A stretch of 64,000 bases of DNA from Candidatus Saccharimonadales bacterium (GTDB taxonomy: Bacteria > Patescibacteriota > Saccharimonadia > Saccharimonadales > UBA10212). Under the pieces are notes generated by a model that saw only the letters and a program-made list of their open reading frames with translations, did not search any database and was not told the origin of the DNA. Each line of letters opens with the position of its first letter. Position 1 is the first letter of the stretch. This document shows positions 44,612-53,018 of the stretch, piece by piece. The DNA lies in NCBI GenBank assembly GCA_049521895.1, contig JBEKOJ010000001.1, positions 418,717 through 482,716 of the forward strand. Direction: 5' to 3'. A program made the translations under genes and the position numbers.

Positions 44612-44741
44612 TCGTCAGAGTCGACGTGCCGGCCTCCGTACTTTTACTATTTAGAAAAAGTACTTGCGGCCTCAGGTCGTCTCTCCCTCTTCAATTTCAC
44701 AAGCAAGACAACTACTTGTCTTGTGAAATTGCTAAAGAACA
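44612..44741 (-). ncRNA. L-type structured leader, copy 3 (precedes the CAT tRNA)
   Basis: On the minus strand it runs: promoter TGCTATAAT (TATAAT 44753-44748) + ACCCCTGTT, a 12-bp A/T hairpin (44692-44731), the purine block AAGAGGGAGAG, then CTCTGACGA abutting the tRNA. Confidence 0.55.
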
Positions 44742-45107
44742 GGGGTTATTATAGCACAAAACAGATTAGCCCGGGGCTATTCTTCGTTTATCACTTCGTC
44801 TATCGCCAGAAGTTGCGGGTCTTCTGTCGGCAGCAGCACGTATGTTAGCGCGTCAGCCATTTTTTACCTCGTTTTTGTATTTTTTTGATCTGCTATTTAT
44901 TATCATAAGGCTTTTGTTTTGCCTGTCAACAACTTTTAAGCTTGTTTTTATGCTAACTTCGTGGTTAACTATCGCCGTTAGGATCTTATCTGTTCTTGGT
45001 CAAGAGAGAACTAGTGAACGGCCGCAAGGAGATTGTCCGAGTTCAACCGTAGCCAGACGAGTAAGGGGTCGTTCCTAAGTTAGTTAAAGAAATCAAGGAT
45101 ACACTCA

Positions 45108-45362
45108 ATGTACAAATTATTTGTAGGCGGTTTGCCTTTTTCTACTACCGATGATGAGCTCAAAGAACTTTTTGCTGCTCACGGTACCGTAGCTTCAGCT
45201 ACCGTTGTCCGCGACCGCGATAGCGGCCGCAGCAAAGGCTTTGGCTTCGTCGAGTTCGAAAACGACGAAGAAGGTAAAGCTGCCGAGGCTGCCCTTAACG
45301 GCACCGAGGTTGGTGGACGCAACATTTCTGTTGCCCAAGCCCGCCCCAAAGAAGAGCGCTAA
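45108..45362 (+). CDS. RRM-type RNA-binding protein
   Basis: 84 aa with RNP2 LFVGGL and RNP1 KGFGFVEF. Confidence 0.9.
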   Translation: MYKLFVGGLPFSTTDDELKELFAAHGTVASATVVRDRDSGRSKGFGFVEFENDEEGKAAEAALNGTEVGGRNISVAQARPKEER

Positions 45363-45383
45363 GTTTACTTCGACGCTTAAACA

Positions 45384-45412
45384 AAACTCCCTCGATCTGG
45401 GGGAGTTTTTTT
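45384..45412 (+). terminator. rho-independent terminator after the RRM gene
   Basis: ACTCCC-loop-GGGAGT stem followed by a T7 run. Confidence 0.75.
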
Positions 45413-45455
45413 GATAACTAGACAGACTTGACGCATCGCATAGGGAGGAATCTGG

Positions 45456-46844
45456 TTATTTGATAGTTGCGTATTGTTCGACCTTATCGGTCGTGGTGTT
45501 GTATATAGCGATGTACTCGTGGTTCGTAGAGGTAGCGGTATCTAGAATCTGAAGGATAATTTTATCATCGCCAGCCCAGCCCTTGGGGATTATCTGGCTA
45601 ATCTGAGTTATACCATCCGGTACGGGGTTAAAAGAGCTGGTGTCCTTGGTGTTAGTATCAATTACTGTATACCCGTTACTTTTAAACAAAACCGGGAAGA
45701 GATAAAGCTTGTCGCCCTTGGGAGACAGGCTGGTAAAACTATCGGTGGTTACGGCTAGCACTTCAGGTTTATTATCGAGCGACTGTTCGGAGAACTGGTT
45801 TACAGCCGCGCCAACCGTAACTTCATTAGTAAAAATTAAGCCGCCATCTTCTCTGGTGTAGATATCGTAAATGCCACTGCCATCGGTAGTCAATTGGCTA
45901 CTTTTACCAGTAGTTAAATCAAGCTGGAATAAATCGCTGCTGACTGCTGGCTTGGTGGTTGCGCCGCCGGCCTCGACATATTTGGTGGCTGGTTTATCGG
46001 CATAAATAACGGTGTTATTATCTGCCCAAGCCGGGCTGGCATAGCTCATTTCTACCGCATAATCATTGGCGGCGGTCCGACTAAAGCCCTCGCCTATCGG
46101 GTTTAGTGTGGCTGGATAGTCTTTCGTTGTGTTGCTGCGTATATCCCACACTGTTATTTTGTTTTTCTGTGGCAGCGCGAGCTTGTAGCCGTCGGGCGAA
46201 ACGCTACAACAGATTGTGTCAGATACTTCTTCAGGGGTCGCCGAAAAAACTATCTTGTTCTCGCCGGTGTTCAAATCAAGCAGCCTCGCGCCGAGCTTTT
46301 TGTCAACGCCACTGCCTTCGTCAAAACCATACACTACAAAATGGTCACTCATAATATGCGGGGTTCCGCCTCCAGACGTAAGCTTATAGGCTTTATTGGT
46401 CTTCAAATCGTAAAGATAAAGACCGCTATCTCCATAACTGACCACGTTCGCGGAGACTATGACAGTATTGACGTCCGGGTTCGCGCTTTTTACCGTTGGT
46501 AGACCGATAGTCGAGAGTTCTTTGAACTTGCCGGCGTCATAAGTCAGATAGCCTGCTACCGAATCGCCAAACGAAAATTGAGGTTTGGCGCTGGCAAGAG
46601 TAGTGTTGGATGTTTGGTTTGGCGATGAGTTTTTGGAAGTGCTGTGGTACTTAACGAAATAAACAGCTGTTCCGACGGCCAGTATTAGAATTCCGATAAT
46701 AATTATCCAAAGCTTGCTTCTTTTTTGTGGCAAATTCCCAAGGGGAGGCGGCGGAACCGGTTGTTGGCTAACAGGTGGTGTCTCGACCAATTGGGGCTGG
46801 GGTGCAGGCGTTATGGACGGTGGAGCAGTAGAATCATCGTTCAT
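45456..46844 (-). CDS. membrane-anchored protein with beta-propeller-like (TolB/WD40-like) ectodomain
   Basis: 462 aa with a Pro-rich N-terminus, one TM helix and a repetitive beta-strand pattern. Confidence 0.55.
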   Translation of the reverse strand: MNDDSTAPPSITPAPQPQLVETPPVSQQPVPPPPLGNLPQKRSKLWIIIIGILILAVGTAVYFVKYHSTSKNSSPNQTSNTTLASAKPQFSFGDSVAGYLTYDAGKFKELSTIGLPTVKSANPDVNTVIVSANVVSYGDSGLYLYDLKTNKAYKLTSGGGTPHIMSDHFVVYGFDEGSGVDKKLGARLLDLNTGENKIVFSATPEEVSDTICCSVSPDGYKLALPQKNKITVWDIRSNTTKDYPATLNPIGEGFSRTAANDYAVEMSYASPAWADNNTVIYADKPATKYVEAGGATTKPAVSSDLFQLDLTTGKSSQLTTDGSGIYDIYTREDGGLIFTNEVTVGAAVNQFSEQSLDNKPEVLAVTTDSFTSLSPKGDKLYLFPVLFKSNGYTVIDTNTKDTSSFNPVPDGITQISQIIPKGWAGDDKIILQILDTATSTNHEYIAIYNTTTDKVEQYATIK

Positions 46845-47018
46845 TAAACTTAAGTATTACAGAACAGTTGATGAAATACAAAAAGGCGCTAAAGCGCCTT
46901 CTGAATCTAACTTGGTAGCCCGAGTTCATTCGAATTGGAACAACCTCAGGGCAGAATTGGCCAGATGGAAAGCTTTATCTAGGAGCGGTAATCTGTTTGC
47001 TAGCTCTACCGCTCAGTA

Positions 47019-47543
47019 CTAGAACAGGCCGAATGTTGGCAACGATTGGCTACAGGAAATGCTTTGGTAATAAGTTAGAGCCCCGTTATGCGCTGGGTCT
47101 GCCGAATTAAAGCTGATTACGACCGAACAGTAGTTACTGGCTAGAAGCTTATGGACATTGACGCCCATGCTTCTATAAATGTATCGGTTGCCGTTGTTGT
47201 CAGAGCCGTATATGTATGCACCCCAACCATTACTTTTAAGTGAGGCTGTGGCTGTTTGAATATAGTTTTTCAGGTAAGAAGCGGGCTTTCCGTTTGCTCC
47301 AAAAGTGAGCTTGGACTGACACACGGTCTCAAATTCCGAGGGAGCACACTTTACTTCTGTCGGCGTTAAATTATTGGTGACTTGAGATGCTTGCGACAAA
47401 CTAATCGCACTTTTTATGGAACTATTAACATTACGCGGTGCTATATAGTATCGAATTACTAAAACAGCGAAGACCGTAATTAGGATGATTGCCACAAGCA
47501 CAATTAATAAGTTTTTTAGCGGGAGTTTTAAATACCGTTTCAT
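47019..47543 (-). CDS. hypothetical anchored/secreted protein
   Basis: 174 aa with an N-terminal TM helix and no recognisable motif. Confidence 0.5.
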   Translation of the reverse strand: MKRYLKLPLKNLLIVLVAIILITVFAVLVIRYYIAPRNVNSSIKSAISLSQASQVTNNLTPTEVKCAPSEFETVCQSKLTFGANGKPASYLKNYIQTATASLKSNGWGAYIYGSDNNGNRYIYRSMGVNVHKLLASNYCSVVISFNSADPAHNGALTYYQSISCSQSLPTFGLF

Positions 47544-47581
47544 TGACTAGAATATAACCTATTTTTTGAATTTAGGATAAT

Positions 47582-47594
47582 AGGACTCGAACCT
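47582..47594 (-). repeat. third, isolated copy of the tRNA-fMet T-arm (AGGTTCGAGTCCT)
   Basis: 13 nt identical to the tRNA T-arm, preceded on the minus strand by ACCCCTGTT (the promoter-module motif). Confidence 0.6.
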
Positions 47595-47670
47595 AATTAA
47601 CAGGGGTGAGTTTTGATGTAAATCAAAAAGAGACTGGTTTTGGAACCAATCTCTATCTGTAATTATCACT

Positions 47671-47774
47671 TGGTAGCGGGGAGAGGACGGCGTCAGGGCT
47701 AACACGCCTGACTATATCCGCTCCTGCGTTACTCGGAATAAATTCCTGCGTGACTTAGTCGCTACACGAACCTC
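47671..47774 (-). repeat. second, interrupted copy of the tRNA-fMet 3' part (GAGGTTCG + 80-nt insert + CCTCTCCCCGCTACCA)
   Basis: The 16-nt 3' end is identical to the tRNA. The T-stem 5' strand is repeated at 47767-47774. The insert spans 47687-47766. Confidence 0.8.
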
Positions 47775-47823
47775 CCGCTCACTACGTTCGCTCAACGAGG
47801 TTCTCGCCCTTCTCCGAACCATG

Positions 47824-47850
47824 AAAAAAGACCCATCAGAAGATGAGTCA
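47824..47850 (-). terminator. rho-independent terminator after tRNA-fMet
   Basis: On the minus strand: GACTCATC-TTCT-GATGGGTC followed by TTTTTT. Confidence 0.7.
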
Positions 47851-47857
47851 TTTTTCA

Positions 47858-47932
47858 TGGTAGCGGGGAGAGGACTCGAACCTCTGACCTCGTGGTTATG
47901 AGCCACGCGAGCTGCCACTGCTCCACCCCGCG
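47858..47932 (-). tRNA. initiator tRNA-fMet (anticodon CAT)
   Basis: 5' CGCGGGGTGGAGCAG as in bacterial initiators. Position 1:72 is a C/U mismatch. CCA is encoded. Confidence 0.85.
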
Positions 47933-48085
47933 TCGTTGGAGCAAGCCACCAGCTTGCAACGACGAACAGCTAAACTTACGTTTATTGTTCGTGTCTTCAG
48001 CTTTATGCTGCTCCTCCTCTCAAATTTTCAAACCGTGATCAGACCCCCGCTTTGAAAATTTGTGGAAGACCAAGTACATATTCTA
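47933..48085 (-). ncRNA. L-type structured leader, copy 2 (precedes tRNA-fMet)
   Basis: On the minus strand it has a perfect 12-bp A/T hairpin (48021-48062), the purine block GAGAGGAGGAGCA and a closing helix GGAGCA/TGCTCC. It ends in CTCCAACGA at the tRNA 5' end. A -10-like TATAAC lies at 48095-48090. Confidence 0.55.
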
Positions 48086-48104
48086 ATCTGTTATAAGGTG
48101 TTTG

Positions 48105-48569
48105 TCAATCGCTGAAGAGTTTGCGTCCGAGCAAAAAATCCCGCCAATCCTCTAAGTTTTTGGCTACTCCTGTCGGGCCATTTGTTGTGTTGGCATTATT
48201 CGCCGTAGTGGGGGAGACGGCCAAAGATGGATCAATATATTTCATAGCCACACTCTTTGGAATCAGCAAGACCGTTTCGCCGGGGGCGGCTAAGCCAAAA
48301 TTCTGCCGGGCGGCCAGTTCCAGATACTGGTTAGTCTGCAGATATTCATTCTGTAAGGACATATTGGCATTCTGCAAGCCAAGTACACTGTTCTGCTGCC
48401 TCAGGGTAGAGATTTGCTTTTGCAACTCGTAGTTATTCTGAACAGTTTTTACACCGCTCCAGGTAATAGCCAACACGATGACGGCAAAAATATAAAGGCC
48501 GACGTTACGAATATCGGTTAGCTGCCTAATGCGAGCACTGTTCCACTTGGTTTTATTTTTTTTAAACAT
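48105..48569 (-). CDS. septum formation initiator (FtsB/DivIC-like)
   Basis: 154 aa with an N-terminal TM helix followed by a Leu/Gln-rich coiled coil. Confidence 0.6.
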   Translation of the reverse strand: MFKKNKTKWNSARIRQLTDIRNVGLYIFAVIVLAITWSGVKTVQNNYELQKQISTLRQQNSVLGLQNANMSLQNEYLQTNQYLELAARQNFGLAAPGETVLLIPKSVAMKYIDPSLAVSPTTANNANTTNGPTGVAKNLEDWRDFLLGRKLFSD

Positions 48570-48576
48570 CTTAAGC

Positions 48577-48652
48577 TGGTGGGGATGCCTGGACTTGAAC
48601 CAGGGACCAATCGGTTATGAGCCGACTGCTCTAACCACTGAGCTACATCCCC
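48577..48652 (-). tRNA. tRNA with anticodon CAT (elongator Met or Ile2)
   Basis: Cloverleaf by eye. Anticodon arm is GTCGG-CTCATAA-CCGAT. CCA is encoded. Confidence 0.85.
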
Positions 48653-48687
48653 GTATACCAAGTATAACAGATAGGGAAGGTCTGGTT

Positions 48688-49629
48688 TTAGTCTAAATAA
48701 CTTAAGAGTTCTTGTAAGCTTCTAGCTGCCATTAGCTTTTCGCGTAGTTCTTTGGCATCGTCAAAGCCGTTTATATAGATCTTGCAGAATTTATTAAGAG
48801 TTTCTACCCTCCGCTCACCATTTTTCCAAGTTCTCGCAAATAGCCTGACGTGTTTGCGATATAGCTCTATCTTCTGCTCTTTACCAAAGCTTGCCCACGG
48901 GCTGGTTCTGGCAAATACGAACGGATCATTGAATACTCCGCGACCGATCATTACACCGTCCAGCTCATATTTTTTGGCCAGCTTCTCGGCTTGCTGGCGG
49001 CTCATAACATTGCCGTTACCAACAATCAGCGTAGAAGGGCAGAGGGCATCGCGCGTTTCCCGGGCTTGGCCGACTAAATCCCAATTAGCCGGAACTTTAG
49101 AGAGTTGCTTAGCTGTCCGGCCATGAATACTTAACATGTTAAGTTTTTTCGTCAGCAGGAACTCGATCCAGCCCATATCTACTGTTGTAAATCCTACGCG
49201 CGTTTTGATGCTAACAGGGAAGTCCTTGCCCACCCCCTCTCTTGTTGCATCAATAATTTCCGCCGCTAGCTCTCTGTTGTTCATCAGTGCTGCGCAAGCG
49301 CCATTTTTGATAACTGTTTTGACTGGGCACCCCATGTTAAGGTCTATCCCATCAAACCCCATGGCTTTTATTTCGGTTGCGGTTTTTTTAAAATTTTCGG
49401 GTTTTAGCCCCCACAACTGGGCAAAAATCGGCCGCTCTTTATCTGTAAAACGCAATTTTGGCAGCAGCTTTTCCCGCCCTGGGCTCTGTAGGCCATCAAC
49501 GTTTACAAATTCAGTGATAAACAGATCCGGCTTGGCACAATCGGCTACGATCTGGCGGAAAACTGTGTCCGTAACATCGTCCATTGGCGCCAACACCAAA
49601 AACGGCCTCGGTAATTGATTAACATTCAT
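48688..49629 (-). CDS. dus: tRNA-dihydrouridine synthase
   Basis: 313 aa with LAPMDDVTD, DLNMGCP (catalytic Cys) and HGRT motifs. Confidence 0.85.
   Translation of the reverse strand: MNVNQLPRPFLVLAPMDDVTDTVFRQIVADCAKPDLFITEFVNVDGLQSPGREKLLPKLRFTDKERPIFAQLWGLKPENFKKTATEIKAMGFDGIDLNMGCPVKTVIKNGACAALMNNRELAAEIIDATREGVGKDFPVSIKTRVGFTTVDMGWIEFLLTKKLNMLSIHGRTAKQLSKVPANWDLVGQARETRDALCPSTLIVGNGNVMSRQQAEKLAKKYELDGVMIGRGVFNDPFVFARTSPWASFGKEQKIELYRKHVRLFARTWKNGERRVETLNKFCKIYINGFDDAKELREKLMAARSLQELLSYLD
49129..49144. repeat. variant of the hairpin palindrome (ACTTAACATGTTAAGT, perfect 16-mer), inside dus
   Basis: It has the same arms as the main motif with a CATG centre. It encodes KLNMLS. Confidence 0.8.
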
Positions 49630-49643
49630 AATATTTAGAAAAA

Positions 49644-50069
49644 CTAGTAAGTTTTTCGGGCATCCTCCACGTTTGGAGGCGGCCCGTCTGCGTTTATTAG
49701 TTGTCTAGATCCTAAACCCCTTCTGGTTTTTTTCCTCTTTGCCTTAGGCCTGCTAGCCAGCACTCTCCTAGCAGCACGCCCTATCAAGATATCCTCGTCT
49801 TCCGGTGTCAAAGTTTTAGATCTTTCGCGAGTACCAAATGCGGTAGTTTGACCCTGTTGATCCACAATACCACGTCTAAAATCTATGTCTTTCTGTATGT
49901 CATCTACGACTGGTCTTATTTTACTAGGTGGCAAGTGGGGCTTTGGCGGCAGCGGCTCGACTGGTATTGATGGTTCAAGCTCCGGTATGGGTATTGCAGA
50001 TTTTATAGGTAGCCGGCCTTGGCCATCATCGGGCTGTGCTGCATAGTCACTCTCTGGATCCTTTAACAT
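49644..50069 (-). CDS. hypothetical Pro/Arg-rich protein
   Basis: 141-aa ORF of low complexity, positioned between ruvA and dus. Confidence 0.4.
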   Translation of the reverse strand: MLKDPESDYAAQPDDGQGRLPIKSAIPIPELEPSIPVEPLPPKPHLPPSKIRPVVDDIQKDIDFRRGIVDQQGQTTAFGTRERSKTLTPEDEDILIGRAARRVLASRPKAKRKKTRRGLGSRQLINADGPPPNVEDARKTY

Positions 50070-50086
50070 ATTTATATCCTAACATA

Positions 50087-50659
50087 CTAGGTTTTGAGGG
50101 CGGCTTTTATGCGGTCTTCAGGCGAGAGTTTGGAATCAACTTTACTGAGGGCTTGGGCGGCATCTTGGACAGAGTAACCTAAAGCTACTAATCCCTGCAG
50201 AGCTTCGTCGTTGGGATTGGCACTGGCAGTTAGAAAATCTGTAGCATCTTGGCTGGCGGTCAGGCCAACTTTGTCCTTCAGATCCACCACAACCCGTTCG
50301 GCCACCCTTTTGCCCACGCCGTTAGCTTGAGTAATAAACTTGGTGTCGCCGGCAGCAATTGCCTGGCGTACATGCGACAAACTCGCAATACTCATAATGG
50401 CCAACGCCATCTTGGGGCCTACTCCGTTAACGCTCAGCAACTGTTCAAAAAGCAGCTTAGCTGGGACTTCACGAAAGCCAAATAAATCATGGGCGTTATC
50501 CCGGATATGTTCATAAATATAAAGTTTGGCTGGCTTACCAGTTTCTAGCGCGCCAAAATCTTCAAAACTGACGTTCAGGCCATAGCCAACGCCGGCACAC
50601 TCCAAAATTACAGTATCGCCAAGTTTTTCGGTTACCTTACCTTCCAAAACTGCAATCAT
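50087..50659 (-). CDS. ruvA: Holliday junction DNA helicase subunit RuvA
   Basis: 190 aa with an OB N-terminus and HhH motifs (LLSVNGVGPKMA, ANGVGKRVAERV). Confidence 0.9.
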   Translation of the reverse strand: MIAVLEGKVTEKLGDTVILECAGVGYGLNVSFEDFGALETGKPAKLYIYEHIRDNAHDLFGFREVPAKLLFEQLLSVNGVGPKMALAIMSIASLSHVRQAIAAGDTKFITQANGVGKRVAERVVVDLKDKVGLTASQDATDFLTASANPNDEALQGLVALGYSVQDAAQALSKVDSKLSPEDRIKAALKT

Positions 50660-50663
50660 GGTC

Positions 50664-51143
50664 TTATTCTACACGAGATGTCATAGCATGGGTTATAGCG
50701 GCGGCTAAGGCGTCGGCGCAATCGTCCGGTTTTGGTACTTCTTTCAGACCCAATATTACCCGCACCATTTCTTGCATTTGTTTTTTATCGGCACGACCGT
50801 ACCCGGTAAGCGATTGCTTGATTTGCAGCGGCGTGTACTCGGCAATCTCTAAACCAGCTAGCTTACCTGCTAGCATAGCCACGCCGCGAGCGTGGCTGAC
50901 ACTAATTGCCGTAGTAATATTTTGGGCGAAAAAAAGCTTTTCTATCACCATCACGGTCGGTTTAGTGTGTGCTATTTCGCTAGCTAAGTGGCGATAAATC
51001 TCAATCAACCTCTCGTCCAGGGGCTGGTGGACATTTGTGCGGATCACCCCTCCGTCAATTAATTTAGCTTTGCCGCCCGCAGAGGTTTCTATAACCCCGA
51101 ACCCTAAAATCCCCGTCCCTGGATCAATTCCGATGATCCTCAT
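50664..51143 (-). CDS. ruvC: crossover junction endodeoxyribonuclease RuvC
   Basis: Starts MRIIGIDPGTG (catalytic Asp). The ATG overlaps the upstream stop (ATGA), so the longer ORF-track start at 51236 is rejected. Confidence 0.9.
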   Translation of the reverse strand: MRIIGIDPGTGILGFGVIETSAGGKAKLIDGGVIRTNVHQPLDERLIEIYRHLASEIAHTKPTVMVIEKLFFAQNITTAISVSHARGVAMLAGKLAGLEIAEYTPLQIKQSLTGYGRADKKQMQEMVRVILGLKEVPKPDDCADALAAAITHAMTSRVE

Positions 51144-51958
51144 CTGTATTCTTCGGTTATTGGCTGGATGATGTCCAAAATCTCTTTGTGCATATCCGGC
51201 GCAGCAACCAAAACGCCGTTTATATCCTCGTCCCATCTCGGGACCTCTTCACCAAAAATATCTGTGACTTTTGCCCCGCTCTCCTGGGCAATCAAACAAC
51301 CGGCGGCTAAATCCCATGGGTTAATCACACTAGTGATACAGGCATCAAAATATCCAGCTCCAACCATTGGCAAGATGTAGGCAATCGGGTGGTCAAAGAT
51401 GGTGAACCCACCCTTTTTACCAAATGCCGCTGCCAGTTTGCCATCGATGTCGTTACTCTTAAAAACTGCTTGGTTGACGCCGCCAACTACCCAAGCTGAT
51501 ATTACCTTTTTCCCTCGATGAACGTGGTTGCTTAAATCCAATTTGTTGCCATTCTCGTAAGCACCACCCCCTTCTACAGCCCAAAAAATCCGCTCGGTAT
51601 TGGGGTCGGACACTACTCCAAGTTTTGGTTGACCGTCTTCCACGAAGGCAACGCTAAACGCAAAAACCGGCACACCACGACCAAAATTCGGTGTGCCATC
51701 CAGCGGATCAACTATCCACAGCTGCTCGCTGTTTAGCATATAGCTTTCTTCTTCACCTAAGACCCCGTGATCGGGAAACTTTCGCTTGACCCTGGAGATT
51801 ACCATTGAGTTGATCTCAGTGTCCGCTAATGTGACGGGTGTGAGATCTTCCTTGATGTCCATCTGGAGGGATTTTGTAAGAAAATGCTTGAGCATAATCT
51901 TTCCGGCTTCTTCGGCTAACTCTTTTGCAAATTCTAAATAGTTCTTCGGGTCATTCAT
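51140..51958 (-). CDS. inositol monophosphatase family protein
   Basis: 272 aa with WIVDPLDGTPNF and the GEE metal-site motif. Confidence 0.85.
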   Translation of the reverse strand: MNDPKNYLEFAKELAEEAGKIMLKHFLTKSLQMDIKEDLTPVTLADTEINSMVISRVKRKFPDHGVLGEEESYMLNSEQLWIVDPLDGTPNFGRGVPVFAFSVAFVEDGQPKLGVVSDPNTERIFWAVEGGGAYENGNKLDLSNHVHRGKKVISAWVVGGVNQAVFKSNDIDGKLAAAFGKKGGFTIFDHPIAYILPMVGAGYFDACITSVINPWDLAAGCLIAQESGAKVTDIFGEEVPRWDEDINGVLVAAPDMHKEILDIIQPITEEYR

Positions 51959-52602
51959 TTTAAAAATTCTTCTCTAGTTCCGTCTATTAATATAACCTGT
52001 CCATCCTCCAGTGGCTTGTATGAAATCTTGTGCTTTTTAAAATACTGGATTGATTTATCGGCCTCTGCACCAAACCAATCAGACTTGCAGTGTGGAACAA
52101 TCATAAAATCGACCAGACCTAATCCATCCCAGATAATTTCTTTGTTAGGATAATTATCTGGAACCGCATCCGGCTGTGGTCTATCGCCGTATTCAATACC
52201 GCGCAGTGACGGGGCGGTAATACAGGCTCCGGCACTCCAACCACCGTAAAGAATTTTATCTTCTTTTAGCAATTTTTTAAGGATCATATCGAGGCTGCTG
52301 GCTCTCATAGCTCTGCGCAAAATGAAAGTATTTCCGCCTGATGACCAGAGTGAGCCAAAATTACTTAACTTGTTAAGTAATTTCTCCGATTCACCGAAAT
52401 AATCGCGCAGGTCTATTTCTTCAAATTCAAATCCGGCGGCTTCAAACATCTTTTTCTTTTCTGGGGTACTCCAATTTCTCTCCTCTGGAGACAAATCATC
52501 TTGGGCATTCTTTAAATAGGCAGCTTTTTTGTTCTTGCCCGCCAGTTTTGCGGCGACTTCAGGGTAATTTCCAAGGTCTTGTGATGACAAAAATAGGCGC
52601 AT
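51955..52602 (-). CDS. peptidase E-like (S51 family) protein
   Basis: 215 aa with SSGGNTF and GWSAGA (nucleophile Ser) motifs. Confidence 0.7.
   Translation of the reverse strand: MRLFLSSQDLGNYPEVAAKLAGKNKKAAYLKNAQDDLSPEERNWSTPEKKKMFEAAGFEFEEIDLRDYFGESEKLLNKLSNFGSLWSSGGNTFILRRAMRASSLDMILKKLLKEDKILYGGWSAGACITAPSLRGIEYGDRPQPDAVPDNYPNKEIIWDGLGLVDFMIVPHCKSDWFGAEADKSIQYFKKHKISYKPLEDGQVILIDGTREEFLK
52358..52383. repeat. hairpin palindrome copy 5 (AAATTACTTAAC-TT-GTTAAGTAATTT), inside the S51 peptidase gene
   Basis: 12-2-12 dyad. It encodes EKLLNKLSNF. Confidence 0.95.
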
Positions 52603-53018
52603 TATTTTCTCTGCTCAGCTTTACGAATGCTATCTACGGCCCACTCATCCCTGATTTTACCGTCTTTGAGCATTTTCTCTATTGCTTGCAGGCTAAACCA
52701 TTTTGCATCTAATATTTCCTCTGGCTGGGGTGTGATCTCCCCATCCTCAATCTTGGCTTCAAAGGAGTAAAGTGCCCTACCCGACCTATCGCTGTCTTTT
52801 ATATAGAGCGGTTCTGGATCTATAATCTTGACTACTAATCCCACTTCCTCTAAGGCTTCACGCGTCGCAGTTTCTGGTAAGGTTTCTCCCTTGTCTTGAA
52901 TGCCTGCTGGCAGGTTCCACAACCCTCGCACTTTTTCCCATTTTTCTTGCACAAGTAGATACTCACCGCTTTCATTCCTCAAAACTACGCCTGCGGCTGG
53001 GACATTTTCATCGCTCAT
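52602..53018 (-). CDS. NUDIX hydrolase
   Basis: 138 aa with the Nudix box GIQDKGETLPETATREALEEVG. Confidence 0.85.
   Translation of the reverse strand: MSDENVPAAGVVLRNESGEYLLVQEKWEKVRGLWNLPAGIQDKGETLPETATREALEEVGLVVKIIDPEPLYIKDSDRSGRALYSFEAKIEDGEITPQPEEILDAKWFSLQAIEKMLKDGKIRDEWAVDSIRKAEQRK

Noticed and set aside
44777-44860. 27-aa ORF (MADALTYVLLPTEDPQLLAIDEVINEE) on the minus strand upstream of the L-type leader promoter.
   Set aside because: It has a GAGG-like RBS but is very short, has no recognisable features and has no supporting coupling. The evidence is too weak to list it as a feature.
4764-52383. Interpreting the palindrome family as parS sites, a restriction site cluster or a MITE.
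   Set aside because: The motif has no resemblance to the conserved parS consensus (TGTTNCACGTGAAACA). It is far longer than a restriction site. The coding copies replace, rather than add to, aligned protein positions, and no terminal repeats or target duplications flank them. A nucleoid or segregation-type binding site of a different family is kept as an alternative in the finding.
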